Origin: a virus
Lineage: Duplodnaviria > Heunggongvirae > Uroviricota > Caudoviricetes
Virus record (IMG/VR): IMGVR_UViG_3300028920_001939
DNA length: 36,983 nt
Strand: one strand, 5' to 3'
A model generated the notes under the pieces. That model did not search any database, was not told the DNA's origin, and saw only the letters and a list, made by a program, of their open reading frames with translations. Positions 34,449 through 36,983 of this stretch are shown one piece after another; the stretch's first letter is position 1, and every line of letters starts with the position of its first letter. The translations under genes were made by a program, and so were the position numbers.

Positions 34449-34658
34449 GTGAATATAAAACTATATGGATTGTCCATATGTAGTAGATGTAAAACAGCAC
34501 GATTAATGCTTGACAAGCGTAATATCAATTACAGATACGTTGATTTGAATCCATCTACTACTCCAAAGTATTTAATATCAAATTTACCAATTCTTGAAAT
34601 TGATGGGATAAAATACAAAGCAAGAGATGCTTTGATAAAAATAAAAGAATTGAAATGA
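34449..34658 (+). CDS. Glutaredoxin/NrdH-like redoxin
   Basis: IKLYG..CSRC (CxxC), YVDL, LPILEIDG cis-Pro region. Confidence 0.8.
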   Translation: MNIKLYGLSICSRCKTARLMLDKRNINYRYVDLNPSTTPKYLISNLPILEIDGIKYKARDALIKIKELK

Positions 34659-34667
34659 GGTGGTCAT

Positions 34668-34835
34668 ACGACACAAAAGATGTGTCAAGTATGCAGGAAG
34701 AGATACGATAAGTTTAGTATGTATGTTACGAAAAAAGGTTATACCTGTAGAGGTTGTTACGAGAAATTCAATTTGAATTCAACAACGAAATTTCATCTTT
34801 TGGCAAAAAAGTATGGAAATAGGCAAAAACTTTAA
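34668..34835 (+). CDS. Zn-finger microprotein; ACG start (or ATG 34680)
   Basis: GAGGTG SD 5 nt before in-frame ACG; CQVC...CRGC. Confidence 0.55.
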   Translation, partial: TTQKMCQVCRKRYDKFSMYVTKKGYTCRGCYEKFNLNSTTKFHLLAKKYGNRQKL

Positions 34836-34867
34836 AAAGGCATAAAATATTATACCGTTGATGAATT

Positions 34868-35158
34868 ATGAGCGAAAACGCAAAAAAAGAGGAAGCAAAA
34901 AAGTCAACTGTAACTGTTTCTGACTTTAAGAATCATATCAAAGATACTGATCTAAAATTAGTTCCTTTAAAAGGTACTAATGCAGTAAAGTATGACAGAA
35001 ACGTATGTTACGTTCGTAATGCAAATTACGGATTATCAGTTTGGGTTGCAGTTGGTAAAGAAGCTAACAAAACAAAAAGGATAGTATCAGAAGAACAACT
35101 ATCTACCTTTGTTGGCAATCTCAATAAATACGTTGAGAGTTTAAAGAAACAAAATTAA
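34868..35158 (+). CDS. Hypothetical protein
   Basis: ORF track; followed by a T-rich tract. Confidence 0.7.
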   Translation: MSENAKKEEAKKSTVTVSDFKNHIKDTDLKLVPLKGTNAVKYDRNVCYVRNANYGLSVWVAVGKEANKTKRIVSEEQLSTFVGNLNKYVESLKKQN

Positions 35159-35164
35159 AGGTGA

Positions 35165-35200
35165 AAATTACTATTTTCATCTTTCTACCTTATTTTTTGA
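35165..35200 (+). terminator. Possible archaeal-type oligo-T terminator
   Basis: TATTTTCATCTTTCTACCTTATTTTTTG just after stop 35158. Confidence 0.35.
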
Positions 35201-35210
35201 ATCCATTGTA

Positions 35211-35226
35211 GAAAATTATTTATATA
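35211..35226 (+). promoter_or_regulatory. Possible BRE/TATA promoter for the downstream large gene
   Basis: GAAAATTA followed by TTTATATA (35219-35226), matching the archaeal TATA consensus. Confidence 0.35.
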
Positions 35227-35306
35227 CCTTTTCGTACTTATTATATGGTAAGGCAAGGTGAATAAGTTGACTCTTTTTAAAAAACTATTTTTAGCTGGTG
35301 GTATTT

Positions 35307-36983
35307 TTGGCTAAATTAGATGATAGTAGAGATAAAAGTAGAGATAAATCATCTTCTCGTTCTTCTAAATCATCTTCTCCAAGTAAAACAACTTATCAAG
35401 ATGTTTATTCTGATATCGCAGAACAACAGAGACAAGTAGAACAAGCCAAAAGACAATTACAAGGTTCAGTTGCTCAAAGAATAGCGCAACGTGAAGCGGC
35501 GATGAAAAGTCCTGCTTACAGGCAACAATATCAAGAGAGAACTTCAGCATTATCAGATATAAGAGAAGCTGAAGGGAGTTTAGGGGAGCAACTTGAAACT
35601 ATAAAAAAATATGAGAAGAAAGGTTACAAGGTAAAAGATACTGATAAGGGTTATCAATTTTCTAAAACAACAGGTAGAAGATCTTCTGGAGGAACTAGTT
35701 ACGCTGGTTATGATGAGAAATATAAAAAGCTTACTAATTTGATTAATTCGTTACGAAAACTTAAATCTCGTGCACAATCAGAAGGAATGAAAGCCGCTAT
35801 TCAGAAACAGATTGATGTTGCTGTTAAAGCAAGAAAAAAATATGTAACACCCAGCAGAGCTAAAAAAACTGTTACTACTTACGATACTCTTTCTGATTTT
35901 GCTGAAAGATTTAAAACTCCTATTAGTTCTAATGATAGAATCAATGAAAGTCGTGCCAGAATGGGAGAAGGTTTATCTAAAGTTGTTTCTAGATATGAAC
36001 CTTCAGCTGAAACAAGATTGATTGCTTCTGGTGCTTCAAGAGATTATTATTCAAATGTTGGAGAGATAACTGTTCCCGATTATGAAGGCGAATATGGTAT
36101 ATCTGTTCCAGGTAAAACTTTTAAATATGGAGAAGATCCTTATGAAAAAATTATAGAACACTACGAAACCTTACCTAAAGTTTATGCTAGCAAATTAGAA
36201 TCATTTGGAGAAAAAGCAAGTAAATTTGTTGATTTATCTCCCATTATAACTAAACTTCAACCTCAAAGTAGATTAGGTCAATATTTTTCAGATGTTGAAG
36301 AAATGATACCCGATATGCCTGATTTCTACAAGAGCAAGGAAGGAAAAGATGTTCTTGGAATGGAACCTGCTTACAAAAACATAATGCGCCAATTAATAAC
36401 GAATAAGATAACAGAAGAAAAAGCAAAAGAGAAACTATCAGAAGAATTTGATAAGAAACTATCAAGTGCAACATTAGCAAATCAACAAGCTTGGTTGGGA
36501 GTAGATTACAATCCATCAACACAAGAATTTTACGGTCAAAGCAAAGAGATATTTTTGAAACCTTCTTTAGAACAAGATATTTTCAAATATACAGAAAAGT
36601 ATAAACTAATGACAGATGTATCAAAAAGTAAACCATCAGGTTTAGCAATTCCAGCTACTAAGATTAGCGTGCAATCTAAAGCAGAAGATGCTAAAAAATG
36701 GTTAAAAGAACATGAAACACCAGAAGAATATACAGCAAGAATTGCCGCACAATCAGGTTCATTTGTTGATTGGGAAAAATATGTTGAGTTACATCCAGAT
36801 AAAAGAGCATTGGTGTTAAAGATTAATGAAGAAGGAGAAGATTTATCAACAATATTTAAACCAGAACTCAGTTTTAAGAAAGCAGAAAAAAGTGAATTTT
36901 ATGATGAGCTTGGTGGGAAAGTAACTGCATCAGATATTATAGGAGGAATGGCATTAGCATCTCCTTTAGTTTATGCTGTTGGT
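35307..36983 (+). CDS. Large hypothetical protein, truncated by window end (>559 aa); possible virion/internal protein
   Basis: TTG 35307 after GGTGG SD; frame stays open to base 36983; Ser/Arg/Lys low-complexity start then Q/E/A-rich helices. Confidence 0.75.
   Translation, partial: MAKLDDSRDKSRDKSSSRSSKSSSPSKTTYQDVYSDIAEQQRQVEQAKRQLQGSVAQRIAQREAAMKSPAYRQQYQERTSALSDIREAEGSLGEQLETIKKYEKKGYKVKDTDKGYQFSKTTGRRSSGGTSYAGYDEKYKKLTNLINSLRKLKSRAQSEGMKAAIQKQIDVAVKARKKYVTPSRAKKTVTTYDTLSDFAERFKTPISSNDRINESRARMGEGLSKVVSRYEPSAETRLIASGASRDYYSNVGEITVPDYEGEYGISVPGKTFKYGEDPYEKIIEHYETLPKVYASKLESFGEKASKFVDLSPIITKLQPQSRLGQYFSDVEEMIPDMPDFYKSKEGKDVLGMEPAYKNIMRQLITNKITEEKAKEKLSEEFDKKLSSATLANQQAWLGVDYNPSTQEFYGQSKEIFLKPSLEQDIFKYTEKYKLMTDVSKSKPSGLAIPATKISVQSKAEDAKKWLKEHETPEEYTARIAAQSGSFVDWEKYVELHPDKRALVLKINEEGEDLSTIFKPELSFKKAEKSEFYDELGGKVTASDIIGGMALASPLVYAVG

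Larger units (their letters stand above)
1..36983 (+). mobile_element. Segment of a probable archaeal virus or virus-like element
   Basis: Single-strand gene packing, many microproteins, own PolB/RFC/UDG, serine recombinase, archaeal-type SD, SEC11-type peptidase, BHB motifs; no capsid/terminase seen. Confidence 0.7.

Noticed and set aside
669-36522. All - strand ORFs in the track (e.g. 5696..6046, 13716..14105, 29081..29467, 36250..36522)
   Set aside because: Each lies antisense to a well-supported + strand gene or element and shows no motif; none could be supported
1-36983. Diversity-generating retroelement, retron or restriction-modification system
   Set aside because: No reverse transcriptase, TR/VR pair or DNA methyltransferase motifs seen; both methyltransferases look like small-molecule or sugar types

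Overview
AT-rich window with essentially every real gene on the + strand, tightly packed by ATGA/TAATG overlaps and GGTGA/GGAGG Shine-Dalgarno motifs. It reads as part of a large archaeal virus or virus-like mobile element; this is an inference, as no capsid, portal or terminase hallmark lies inside the window. Layout: (1) 0.1-2.6 kb: membrane proteins, an anchorless SEC11-type peptidase and a serine recombinase. (2) 2.6-10.5 kb: replication and repair genes (PolB, RFC-large-like AAA+, AbrB, HTH, GT-B glycosyltransferase, family 4 UDG). (3) 11.8-27 kb: a ~15 kb glycan island with GT2/GT-B fusion, amino-sugar, heptose-type and nonulosonic-acid-type enzymes, acyl- and methyltransferases, and a sequon-rich membrane protein. 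(4) 27-35.2 kb: many tiny Zn-finger and membrane ORFs with a recurring TAAGGTA motif. (5) A large ORF starting near 35307 that runs off the end and is absent from the ORF track. Best finding: three back-to-back bulge-helix-bulge (BHB) RNA structures at 1886-2211 and a fourth at 33289-33356. They have the geometry recognised by the archaeal tRNA-splicing endonuclease but lie outside any tRNA, rRNA or mRNA, suggesting element-encoded small RNAs excised and possibly circularised by the host splicing machinery. Second best: a glycosyltransferase sharing a C-terminal PCNA-binding-like motif with the element's PolB and RFC, a candidate clamp-recruited DNA glycosyltransferase. All structures were paired by hand; no folding or database search was run.
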